Origin: Thalia democratica
Taxonomy: Eukaryota
Direction: 5' to 3'
DNA: 64,000 nucleotides
Assembly (NCBI GenBank): GCA_965202585.1
Contig: OZ241831.1
Coordinates: 13,082,001 to 13,146,000, forward strand
Position numbers and translations under genes: made by a program. Within the stretch, counting starts at the first letter, position 1. Each line of letters opens with the position of its first letter. Positions 1-11,351 of the stretch are shown one piece after another. The notes beneath the pieces are model-generated. The model saw nothing but the letters and a program-made list of their open reading frames with translations, searched no databases and was not told the DNA's origin.

Positions 1-112
1 GTGATTTATATGATTGGCTCATTAGCAAAAAAACAAAATTTAAATATAAAAATTTTATGCTACTAATATAATCTCAAAAAATATAGTCTTAAATTAATTT
101 TATACTTTTCAG

Positions 113-3100
113 GCTTCCCATGCTGCAGTGTTTAACATCCCAGATTACGATTACTGGTGCAACCAGAACTTCTGTGTTGTGCCACATCAAAGCTACTACA
201 GCTACAAAGTCAACTTTAACCAAGCTTGGTGTCAGGGTCACTTCTACAGAGGCATCCTTTGCGAATTCCCAAAATGTTTCGTACCAAAAGGCTGTGAAGC
301 TGGTAAGCGTTTACGTGATAAAATACATTAAAACTTTCTCAGTCTTTAAAACCACATTGAAAGTTTTTAATTAATAAAGTAATATAGTTTTTTTATATAC
401 TTATATTTTTAAATTTATTCTAGTTAATAGGATATCTTGAACGTTAAAGTAAAAAAAGCCCATTATTTTGATTCAATTCTTGTCTTTCAAGCGCATTAAA
501 TGACAAAACGACATCATTAACAAATAAATAACTTAAGCTGTTTTTTTTATAACAGAGGAAAATGCCGCTGGAAGAATCAGTGAGATCGAACAGAAACTCG
601 CCCATGTCAGACAACAGATCTACGGTGAGTTGATGCAAGGACAAGAACAATGGATCAAGATGCTCATGGACTTGAACCACCAATACGTGTGCACCTTCAG
701 AGATTACTACCAACATGCTACCAACTGCGCATACTCCGAACTTGAAGGTAGATTGAAACAATACTCCGACGAGCTTGAAGGTTACAAACAACAGGGTATT
801 GCTCGCTACAACGGAAATGTTCAACAAATTATGCAAAAGATTGAGCAATACCATTGTCATCTTGTTGATCAGTAAGTAAAACTATTTTAAGCATGACTTT
901 TTACAAAAAAAAAAAAAGTTTGCCATTTTTAATATGTGATTCGCTTGCAAAGAAGCAGATTAGTTTTAAGTACAAAAACAGAATATTCATAAAAAGAGTT
1001 AAAACTTTAGTCATCACATAAGATGATATACAAATACCCAACTACTACATTTTAAGCTAGGAACTCAAAAACACAAAAAAATAATAAATTTAAAAAACAA
1101 CATGAACAATTTTAGAAAACATAAAATCAAACACGAATCAACAAAATTAGGTTAAAAGGATGTCTCCAAAAGCGTCAACACCAAATCGGTGGCATTCACG
1201 GTAAAATGGGTGAACGTGCCCAACATTATGTCCACGTTTACCATGAAAAACTCGATAAACTTCGTTCTAGAAAAATTACTTACGTCAGACACATCTTTGC
1301 TACTATCTACAGTTAGTGGATTTTATTATTATAGAAATTTCGATAAGTTTTAGCTAATTAAAGCTACATCATAAAAGACTATTAATCTAAACTAGAATAT
1401 CATACGTAGCTTTACCGACTAACATACAGCTATAAGTAGATGTATCAAAATAACAATCTATGTGTTTTACTAAGCTGCGTAAAAATTTATAGAAGGCAAA
1501 GATATGCCTTCCGAATTTGAAGATGCAATTAAGCAATGGGAAGAAGAAATGGTCAGATACGATCAGACTTTGGTCCAAGGTTTCTACACTAAAGTGATGG
1601 AAGCAGCACAAATGGTTGAAAAAGATTACAGATGTACTTATGTCTGTTACTTCAGGAACGGTTGCTACAGCATTGTAAGAAAACAATCAAAATGGTCAAT
1701 TTCATAAAATTAACATTTATTTTGCTTTTCAATACGTCATAATTACTTTTCCTTTTTAGCGGTGATCTTCCAGTTGCACCAAAATGCAAGTTTAACCTCA
1801 GTAGTGTTGGAGCTTTCTCAGCTGAATGGAACGGATGTGCTTACAAAACTCTTAAAACTTGTTCAAAGAGTAAATTTAGTTGTAATGCTTGTTTTTTGAA
1901 AACAAAAAAAGGAAAAATATATTTTCTTACCAAAATAATAAAGCTTTTATTTTTAAACGTTGTCATTAATGTTAACTCTTTAAGTATGTAAAAATGTAAA
2001 AATAACAATTTTAAAGCGAAAATGTATTTACAGAGGAACAAGAATCCGGTGGCGAGTTCCATTCTGAGAAATACGAAGAAGAAATTCACAGAAAATGCAA
2101 CGTATACACTCAAGAGCTCGCATACAAATACAGATCATGGAAGAAGCAAGTTGAAGAATGGTGTCATTTTGCTATCACTGGTCTTGAAGAACTCATTGTT
2201 TGCAAGATGCCAAAGGGATACAACGGGTATGTTTACTATTTAACTTTTTTTGATGTTTAACAAATAAAAAATTAAAACAGTCCTTTTAATGATTAAATTT
2301 TTTATTTATTTATTAAAGGTTAAGAGACGACTTTGATCAAATACTAAACAATATAAAAAGTAAATTTTTTGTTTGACATAAATATTTTAAACTTAAATAT
2401 TAAATACTTATGTTACTTAATAATTAAAGTATTTTTTTATTTTCGTTTGGTTTGGCAAATTTTTATTTAAAGGCCTAACTTTAAATACACTACAACTTAT
2501 AACTAGAAATCTAGTTTTGATATACTTTTTTAATGTTTTGTAATTTTTAAAATAAACTACAGCTTTTTTTTTCGGAAAAATATTATTAATTTCAGATGCC
2601 CACCAACCCAAGCTGAAATTGAAAACTTCCACAATTTGTTGAGAGCTCAAGCCAAGGAATGGATCGACCTCCATCAACATAAAATGCTCCACCAAATCGA
2701 GTGCGTCCACGAAAGAGTTCACGTTCGCATCTTGCAATGGAAAACTCATGCTGACCAGATGATCCACAAAGTTAAAGCCAACTTCCACCAGTGCATGTCC
2801 GGCAGACAGTCAAAGATCGACGCTTACATCAAGGGACTCTACAACAAACGCGTCCATCAACGTGCTGCCATCATCAAGACTTTGACCCACGTTAGTTTGA
2901 ATTTAATGTTGTATAAAAATCAGTTTGAAAGGTGTTTACGTACAAGCATGCAAGCCTATAAAATCAAAACATTGTTTAATGTAGAATGAAATATCAAGGA
3001 ACTCCTAATTTGTTAAAATTCTGTTTTAATTGTTAGCTTAAGCAACTAGCACCAAGACTACAGAACTATAAAGTTGTTTTTTTATTACTGGCTTTTACTA

Positions 3101-3491
3101 TAAACTTTCAACCTAAAATGTGAAATACAAACCATGTGTATTTGTAATATGTATTTGTAAACTAAAGTCAATTATCTATATTTCTTCCTTACAGCGTGCC
3201 CATTGCCACTTGGTTGCTTTTGACAAGTTCTTCTCCAGCGTTTTCGGTGAAAATCCAAACCAACTCGTACTCAACCTGAGAACTCACTACCACGAATGCG
3301 TTGACACTAAAGTGAAGAAGATTATTGAAAAGTTCGATTACTTCCACCACTACTACGAGCCAAGATTGATCATGCACTACTGCTGCTGCTTCAAATGTAA
3401 CGCCAAGTTCACCTGTCCATCGTTCAGACTCATGTGCAAATGGAACTTCTGTCCACCATCAGTTCACTCATGTACCTTCCGTACTTGTTAG
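113..3491 (+). CDS. Copy A of secreted His/Cys-rich two-repeat protein gene (5'-partial; exon 1 is upstream of the window). Exons 113-302, 556-871, 1151-1311, 1493-1694, 1760-1869, 2034-2226, 2596-2890, 3195-3491
   Basis: All junctions are GT-AG with compatible phases (0,1,2,1,2,1,2,0) and give one open frame ASHAAVFNIPDY...SCTFRTC*. Exons are GC-richer with C-ending codon bias and recur in four other copies. The exon-5 donor is weakened (GTCAAT). Confidence 0.88.
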
Positions 3492-3627
3492 GTAAATATT
3501 CTTTATATAAGATATAAAAACATTTTAAGATTTTTTTGTACTGACCTGACAAAGTTAGATTTTAAGGACATAATTTAAAAATATCTCGTCTTTTTTAATA
3601 AGAAATTTAATAAATTTTATTTTGCAG

Positions 3628-3671
3628 GTGATCACTATGAAGAACAAGATCGCTTCAACTTCAAAGAATAA
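3628..3671 (+). other. Terminal exon 10 of copy A (3' UTR exon, or short alternative coding tail DHYEEQDRFNFKE*)
   Basis: TTTTGCAG acceptor at 3627; homologous segment downstream of copies B, C and D; followed by AATAAA signals. Confidence 0.7.
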
Positions 3672-4873
3672 AACCTTTTAATTTGTGTTAATTAATAAAC
3701 GTATAAAAATGGTCATAGTTTTTTTATAAACACGCTACATTAAAACTACTTATGGCTTGAAAAGTCTTTAAATAAAGAATTGTTATATACCCAAAAAAGT
3801 AGGTATCAAAAAGATTGTAGATCTTAAATCTTGTAATAGCTTTTACTTTAAACTATTCAGTTTTAGTTAAAGTAAATAACGGTTATGGTAAGATTCGGCA
3901 GTATTTTAGAGTAAACCAGGCAGACTTAATGAAAAAAATTATCTATCAAATCGGATATTTTTAGAGTTTTAACGGGCCATTATACCTTTCAAAACATTTA
4001 CAAAAATAACTTAAATTACTAGATAAATTTGTTGTAATCAATCAAAAAGCGCAACTATTTACTCTAAATTATATTAATATAATTTTTTCTAAATCCTTTT
4101 CATAAAATTATTAAATTTTTTCGAATTTTTTCAACTAAAAAATATGTAACAGATTTCATGTTGCTTGCAAACCGTACTTGTTGAAACGAATTGCTTGATT
4201 CACAAATTTGTCAAGCGTGATATTTGCCCAAAACTGTTGTTAATTGAGTAAATAAAAACACCACTTGAATAAAACTTTGAAATACAATTTAATAAAGTTA
4301 TGAAAAAATTAAACCTTTATATTAGGCAGGTATCAGCAAAGTGCGGCCTAGGAAAAAAAAAGAGTTATATGGCCTTCGACGTGCGTTAAAGCTATCAAAC
4401 AATATCTAAGTTGTATAAAAACTATTTTAAGACTTCTTTGATAAATATTTTTAAATGATATTTAAAAATTAAATGTGAGTAAACAACAAGGTTCACAAAC
4501 TAGCATCTAAGTTTTATTTTTTTTTATTAGTAAATCATTTTTAAACACGACGGCCTATAGCCATACCTGACATAGTTGCAAAAATCTAAAACTTATACTT
4601 AACAAAAAAATTAATTACTTAAGCCTGTTTAAAGTGTTTCAACATATTTTTGGCTTGTTACTTTCAACGAAAAATACTTATCAATTACAAAACATTACAA
4701 GATTTAGTTGTCAAGTGATAATTAGCTAACTGATTACTTTTCAAAATTGGTTTTTAATAAAAAGAAATGGTTTAAATAACAAAAAAAAAGTCATTTTTTG
4801 ATGGTCAAGCTAGATTTAGCGTACATAATAGGATAAAAATAAACAATTATGACAAAAGTTAAATTGTTAAAAA

Positions 4874-4929
4874 GTTTATTACTTAACAATTGTTTCACGC
4901 TAGTGCGATGATCACAAGTAAAAGTAAAC
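4874..4929 (-). ncRNA. Type I hammerhead ribozyme motif, G3-C8 core variant (PLE1 left arm)
   Basis: Exact reverse complement of the motif at 9439-9494. Confidence 0.6.
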
Positions 4930-5464
4930 AAACTAATAAGTTGCAACGGACAAACATTTTATATAGTTTTAGATAAGTAATTAGTTGATTAGGTGATTGG
5001 TTAACTAATTAAATTTTAGTAATATTCAGCAAGATAAATTATAATAAACGTAAATACAATTATAACAAAAATCAAACAACAAAACAAAACTATATAATGA
5101 AAACAAAGGTAGATTTAACTTAAATCTAGCAAATTAAGACTTTAGATAAAATTTTGTAAAATGTCTACATTTTCCCACCAGTTCTGATCTCAAGTTTAAA
5201 AGTTTTTTTTTATCTGCAAATGCGATTTCAAGTCTTTCCAAGTTACATAGGGTGCAAATTTTACTGGGCTTATTTTGGTTACTGCGATGAATAATTTCCC
5301 ATTTTATCATTTTTCTCCAATCAGGGTTGCATTTTTTTATTTTGTGAATGAATCTACTTAATCTTGTACTTTCTTTCTTCTTTACATTATTAAAGGATTG
5401 TATATGTTCGTAAAATCTACTTTTAAATTGTCTCCCAGTTGAACCAATGTAAATATATTCTTTA

Positions 5465-5993
5465 TGAATACAATAAGATTTCATATTCTTGCATGTCCAA
5501 TTTGGAAAAAGTATTGTCCAATCACAACCAGAAATTACTTCAAAACTCAAATGATACAACTGAAGAAAACCGCAAATTATGCAATTGTAGATCAAAAAAT
5601 AATTGTCCAGTTAAAGGTGAATGTCTTACTAAAGGAGTCATTTAAAAAGCAACAGTCATGTATAACAAAAAAGAACATATTTACATTGGTTCAACTGGGA
5701 GACAATTTAAAAGTAGATTTTACGAACATATACAATCCTTTAATAATGTAAAGAAGAAAGAAAGTACAAGATTAAGTAGATTCATTCACAAAATAAAAAA
5801 ATGCAACCCTGATTGGAGAAAAATGATAAAATGGGAAATTATTCATCGCAGTAACCAAAATAAGCCCAGTAAAATTTGCACCCTATGTAACTTGGAAAGA
5901 CTCGAAATCTAATTTGCAGATAAAAACAAACTTTTAAACTTGAGATCAGAACTGGTGGGAAAATGTAGACATTGTACAAAATTTTATTTAAAG
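5465..5993 (+). pseudogene. Penelope-like GIY-YIG endonuclease remnant (plus arm); second copy on minus strand at 5134-5463
   Basis: Translation SYSCMSNLEKVLSNHNQKLL...CNCRSKNNCPVKGECLTKGVI*KATV..YIGSTGRQFKSRFYEH with in-frame stops; matches ORF-track pieces 5439-5645, 5658-5912 and 5134-5595(-). Confidence 0.85.
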
Positions 5994-7785
5994 CAGGGTT
6001 TCCCAAACTCATTTACTAAATCGCCCCCTTTTCAGAAATTTGAAAAATAATCGCCCCCCACGATTTCAAAAAGTAGTTTTTCTCTTGAGTACAAACTTTT
6101 GAGCCAAAAAATTGTGTTCAAAATGTAATTTAGTCTGGTATTTCTTATACACGCACTTATGGGCTGTGTTCAAAGTAGTTTACAGGGCTTGAGAAAATAA
6201 GTTATGTTGTTTTCTTATAAGCCCAGTAGAGTGTATTAAAATACTTAAATACTAAAAAGCCTTGTGTAATCAGTAATCAATCCTGTTTATTTATGAATTG
6301 TTTTGAAACTAATGAAAATTTTAGGGTAGTGGTGGACAACTTTTGTAGTCAGCAATTCATATTTACTAAAAAATATTTTCTTGTTTCAACTCGTTAAAAA
6401 AAATATATATGCGGGCTGCATAATTTAAAAAAATAACGTATAGAAAACTAAAAAACTTGAGCATAATTGTAATAAAATGATTTACTATTATTGTAATCTA
6501 GGAAATACTAATGTAGCTGAAAACCAAATTGAAAGTGTATTTCAAAATCATAAGCATCAAAAAACTAATCTTCGTTTATTTTGCAAAGTATTTTCAAGTT
6601 ACTTGGCGGGTCGAAATTTGATTGGATCTGGACCGTAAGTTACCCATCTGAAATCTTAACTGAAACCTGACATTATAACTATCTCTCATTTAACGAATTT
6701 CGGACATTTAGAGTGAATATTAAGTAACTTATTTAAGCCGCACAAAATACTTAAATTATTTTATAAATAGGCATATTCTAAAATTAAATACCAGAGATTA
6801 AAAAACTATAAAAGATTAAACAAATTTTTTAAACATAATGAAATAGATATTAAAACATTATTGCTGATCCAGTTTTAGGAAGTTTGACTGACAGGTTGAT
6901 TATCTCACATAAAAAGTTGTTTTATCAATAGCTTCTGTTAATGCAGTAAAATTATTAATTTCAATGCTGAGATATATTATTAGCAAGTTAGTTGTATAAT
7001 TAAAAATTCAATTCTAAACTTTTTAAACTTTATGTTTTGTAGTAGAATACCATTAAATAGTATTTGACTTAAAATAACCTTTAGGAAACTAAACCTTAAT
7101 TTTAACATTTTTTTTCTTCATTTAAATTCAAAAAAAATAAAATGTTTTACAGTTAATTCTGTGAACAGAAAGTAATCAATTAAAAAATTCTTTTTATTGT
7201 GTTAAAACTTTCTTTTGTAACTGTAGAAGTCTTTTTGATTACTTATTTAATACTGTTTAATTTTATTTTTTCTCTAGTTATTAGCCTATAATAATTTACC
7301 AGAAGAAAATAGTGAAAAACTAAAAGCTAGTGTTGAACTATTGAAATAAACAACATATTCTAATTGCTAATATATTAAAAAATAAAATAAAACACAAAAC
7401 ATTTGTATAATTAGTTTAAAATTATTTAATTTTATTTGATAGATTTTTTAACAGTAATAAATAAAGTTAGAAAATAAATTTAAGTTTAATAATCTTTTAA
7501 ATGAAAAATTTGAAGTCATTTCAAATAGAGACATCAAATCTATACTCTTTTAAATCCAAAAATAATTTTTGAAATAAAAACTTAAATGGTTATCAAGGTT
7601 TTTTTATTTATACAGATTAAACAAGTAATAACAAAAATATGTCAAGTAAATTTCTTTCAAACAAATACTTTAACCACTATGCTATAAAAACTTTTAGTGT
7701 AATGTAAATCGACAAATATAAACTACAAAATAAACCCGGTCAAAACAAAGCTATTAACATATTTAAAACATAAATTTTATAAATG

Positions 7786-8028
7786 CAGTAGACTTCCTGT
7801 TCAATTCGCACTTTGAACAAAATAAAAAAGTTTTAACTCAAAAATTATTACCATTTTTTTACAAAATGATAAATTTAAATATTTTATATGCAATAACGTT
7901 ATGAATAAACATGAAATCAACTAAAACATAAAACAAACATTCAAAAAAAAAAAAAAAGATTTATATAAGCTATTAAATATTGTGTACTTTTTTGGGTAAA
8001 AAGTGCGAACTCAAGAGGAAGTCTACCG
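7786..8028. mobile_element. MITE with pogo/Tigger-like TIRs nested in the hAT element
   Basis: ~29-bp imperfect TIRs CAGTAGACTTCCTGTTCAATTCGCACTTT / CGGTAGACTTCCTCTTGAGTTCGCACTTT; TA on the right flank (left flank reads TG). Confidence 0.65.
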
Positions 8029-8161
8029 TAATTAACATTTCTTAGGCATTATGCAAACCTGTTAAAGAATAAACAACTTAAAAGAATTTTTTATATAAAA
8101 AGAATACATAATACAATACAAAGACTTAAAACAATACTAACCAGGTTAAACAAGAAGTATT

Positions 8162-8580
8162 TTAAAAAATCAAAAAAATAAAAAAAACTTTCATAAAATA
8201 ATTTCTGCTACTGAATTCTAATATAATGCGAAGGATGAGGTTCATGAATGCTTGCAAGTGTTTATAATCTGATTCTAAATCAGTCAAATAAAGCCTCAAG
8301 TCACCTCCTTTACAAATATTTAGATTAGATATTTTTCTCAAGATGTTGATAACTAAACTGAAAGCTTTCTCAACAACATAGCTAGAAGGAAAAACTATAC
8401 ACAACAATCTAATTTCCTCTCAATGATTGGATACTTTTGCCTTAGTTTTTGTTGAGTCCAAAAGCTTTCATTTCGTTCTTTGGAAACATTTACTTTGAGT
8501 TAAAGGTCAGTTTGTAAGTCCGAGAAGGTTTCCTGTGAGTCGTTTACTTCAAAAAGATCTGCCACGAAGGGATCCATATT
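8162..8580 (-). pseudogene. Decayed hAT (Buster/ZBED-like) transposase C-terminal remnant
   Basis: Minus-strand translation ...ESFWTQQKLRQKYP... then VFPSSYVVEKAFSLV...GGDLRLYLTDLE, typical of the hAT dimerisation region; contains stops and a frameshift. Confidence 0.8.
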
Positions 8581-9438
8581 TTTATCTATATGATAGCTTT
8601 TTTTTGTCAAATCGAAATTTTACTTAATATGTTGAAATTGTTAAAAATTCCAGATTAAAAATTTTTTTTTTGCCTAAATTATCAAATTCCAGGTTTTTCT
8701 AAGTAAATTGGCAACCCTGTATAGTTTTATTTCTTAGTCTAACTAAATGACTTTTTAAAAAACAATTGGAAACATCATGAGGTGATAGTTAATATAGATA
8801 AGATACATTTTTACAAACTATTTATGATCCTAAATAACATATATGTAAGGTAAAAAAATAGTGAAAAGAATTCCGATCGTCTATGATCTATGTAAGTGTT
8901 CAATAAGGAAATATACAATTGAAAATATGTAATTAACTTGAAAGTAGGAGTCATAAATACTTGATTTTTTTCTCTATATTTTACATAAACACAATAAACT
9001 TTTTTGTTTAAGTTTTACCACAGGGTCAAATATTTAACAGCAAGCTAAAATTAGTAAAATAAAAAGTAAAAATTCTATGACAACCCAAAATTTTAAAATC
9101 GCCCCCTTTTCGCCCCCTTACTAGTTATCGCCCACCCTTTCGCCCCCTTACTAATTATCGCCCCCCGAAATACTAAAATCGCCCCCAGGGGGGCGATATC
9201 GCCCACTTTGGGAAACCCTGATTTAAAGTCTTAATTTGCTAGATTTAAGTTAAATCTACCTTTGTTTTCATTATATAGTTTTGTTTTGTTGTTTGATTTT
9301 TGTTATAATTGTATTTACGTTTATTATAATTTATCTTGCTGAATATTACTGAAATTCAATTAGTTAACCAATCACCTAATCAACTAATTACTTATCTAAA
9401 ACTATATAAAATGTTTGTCCGTTGCAACTTATTAGTTT

Positions 9439-9494
9439 GTTTACTTTTACTTGTGATCATCGCACTAGCGTGAAACAATTGTTAAGTAATAAAC
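9439..9494 (+). ncRNA. Type I hammerhead ribozyme motif, G3-C8 core variant (PLE1 right arm)
   Basis: Stem I TTACTT/AAGTAA (plus GTTTA/TAAAC beyond a 3-nt bulge); core GUGAUCA; stem II U-CGC-ACUA-GCG-U; GAAA; palindromic helix III CAAUUG; predicted cleavage after GUU at 9483. Confidence 0.62.
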
Positions 9495-10519
9495 TTTTTA
9501 ACAATTTAACTTTTGTCATAATTGTTAAAGGCTCCTTAATTGTGAAGCTCTTTAAAAATCTATTGTTAAAACAACTTCAATAAAAACAAACAAACCTTTA
9601 TTTTTCAAACATTTTTTTGGGAAAGAAATTTTGTACACTATTTTTTATAACTTTCATTACTACAGTTAAAATTTCATATACAACGTACAGAAGGCGTGAA
9701 AACTTCTTTAAGAAATTCCGGCCCACGAAAGACTTCATATGGTGAATCTGGCTCGCCGACTAAAATTAATATCCACCACTAACTAATCGCAATATAACTA
9801 AGAATTGTTTTATAAAACACTTATAAGCTAGCTAACTTTATTTTTAAAATTTTTTAATTACTTATTTTTTTACCTTGAAAACACATCATTTTATCTAGTG
9901 TACCTTATTTCAACTTTTAATTGCTGCCAATGTTGCTTTAAAGTCTTTTTTTGAAATTCTAGAAAGAAACTACCGGTTTTTTTTTTGTTCGTATAAAATA
10001 TTGTACTCTGTTTTTTTAAGAAGAGCTAGAATAAACTTTAATTGAGATTGTACCCTTTCAAACATGCTCAAGTATTTTTTTACTGACAATTTAGACAGCG
10101 TTTATAGAGTTTTCACTGTAAAAGTTAATTCTGAAATCTATATAGTCCGAGGTATGTAAATGTTCCAATTTAAACTTAAACTGTTCTGCAACGCTCATTT
10201 TTAATTAAAATAGGGATCGGCAAACTGCGGCTCGCGGGCAATAAACATATTTTTACCCATAACCAGCTATCATATTCTTTTAATAGCATTTTGGTTAATT
10301 TGATGTTAATTTCCACCATATTGGAAAAGCCAAAAACCCACAAAGCATTTGCAGTACTTGCATACTAGAAAAGGTCGCGATCGTTAAAGCCGACAAAAGG
10401 GTTAACTTAAATAAACGGTACGAGCTCTTTTATTCCTGCCCGCACTTCAGAAAAATTCACTTTAAAACTTAAGTCTTAAGTTGTCCGTAATAAAGGTTTT
10501 ATGCATACTCTTAAAAAGT

Positions 10520-11230
10520 TTTTGTGTAGCTAATATTTTCTTGAATTTAAAAGTTTTTATAAAAATCATTCAAGCAAAATTTCAATTTTTCGTAGCTATT
10601 ACAAGTACAAAATTATCTAAATTTTCAATAGTTAAGTCACAATTAAAATTAGCTTTTTCAAAATGCATCTCATCTAAAACTCACTTTATACTATTAACTA
10701 CATTTTTGTTAAATCAATGTTTACTTTGAAAATAAACTAGAAGAAAAAAGAAAGCCACATATAGACTTTTTATTATTATTATTATTTGTGTTGGTTTTTA
10801 TTTTGAAACTTAAATTAAAATTTAAATTTTACCATAAATTCAATCTTAATATTAAAATTTAACATGTTTTTTTTTAAGTAAAAGTTTGTTTTTAATTAAA
10901 AGGTTTTATTAAAAAAGCATTCGGGCATTTTAAAAATTTTCATGGCTATTACAAGTACAAGATTATTTAAGTTTTCAATAGTTACGTCTTGATTAAAATA
11001 AGCTACGTTAAAATGCATCTCAACTTTAAGATCTATTAGTACTACTAGCTGCATTTTTAATTAAGCAATGTTTACTTCGAAAATTTAGTATAAGAAAAAA
11101 GAAAGCTACATACAGCTTTTATTATTATTCTTGTTGTTATATTGTTTTTAAAACTTAACTAAAATTTAAACTTTACCATAAATTAAATCTTGATATTAAA
11201 ATTTACTTTGTTTAGTTTTTAAGTAAAAAA
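10520..11230 (+). repeat. Two diverged tandem copies of a ~370-bp unit in the PLE2 tail
   Basis: Shared blocks GCTATTACAAGTACAA, TTTTCAATAGTTA.GTC, AAAATGCATCTCA, AAGAAAAAAAGAAAGC.ACATA, TTTACCATAAATT.AATCTT at ~370-bp spacing. Confidence 0.75.
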
Positions 11231-11300
11231 TTTGAGTAAAAATTTGATTTTATTTAATTGTTTAATTGCTATTTTCCATGAATGTTTCATATCTTTTTAG

Positions 11301-11351
11301 ATTTATTTAGCACTGACGAAGTTTGACCGAAACTTAGTTTGTAAAATAAAT
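11301..11351 (+). ncRNA. Minimal type I hammerhead ribozyme motif at the 3' end of PLE2
   Basis: Stem I ATTTATTTAGCA/TGTAAAATAAAT (11 of 12 pairs); CUGACGA core; 2-bp helix II within AGUUUGACC; GAAA; near-palindromic CUUAG helix III; GUU cleavage site at 11339. Confidence 0.62.

Larger units (their letters stand above)
5994..9220. mobile_element. Non-autonomous hAT DNA transposon (Buster/Charlie-like), 3227 bp
   Basis: Perfect 14-bp TIR CAGGGTTTCCCAAA; perfect 8-bp TSD ATTTAAAG (5986-5993 and 9221-9228); subterminal ATCGCCCCC repeats at both ends; decayed transposase inside. Confidence 0.93.
4842..9580. mobile_element. 5'-truncated Penelope-like retroelement (PLE1) in inverted-arm arrangement: minus arm ~4842-5463, plus arm ~5465-5993 continuing at 9229-9526, interrupted by a hAT insertion
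   Basis: Arms are near-identical reverse complements. They encode a GIY-YIG endonuclease C-terminus (CNCR..CP..G.CL, VI*..YIGSTG..FKSRFYEH..SF, ICTLCNLE, CRHF). The paralogous C-D spacer (~38630) has the empty site. Confidence 0.85.
10311..11351 (+). mobile_element. Second, heavily 5'-truncated Penelope-like element (PLE2) inserted in the old hAT
   Basis: 10311-10472 translates FHHIGKAKNPQSICSTCILEKVAIVKADKRVNLNKRYELFYSCPHFRKIHFKT*, alignable to the PLE1 C-terminus (ICTLCNLERLEIAFADKKKLLNLRSELVGKCRHFTKFYLKS*). This frame is not in the ORF track. It is followed by an AT-rich tail and a hammerhead motif, and is absent from the C-D paralog. The right boundary is uncertain. Confidence 0.75.

Noticed and set aside
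444-860. Recurrent antisense ORFs over exons (MTMVLLNLL..., MFSYNAVAT..., MEVGF..., MHDQSW...)
   Set aside because: They are shadows of the sense exons, start and stop at intron boundaries, and are conserved only because the exons are near-identical.
3489-3700. TAG read-through or a non-standard genetic code at the end of exon 9
   Set aside because: No other in-frame TAG/TAA in intact copies, and the read-through frame is not conserved among copies.
9176-9200. GCCCCCAGGGGGGCG as a CTCF site
   Set aside because: One G too many for the consensus, and it is explained by the hAT subterminal ATCGCCCCC palindrome.
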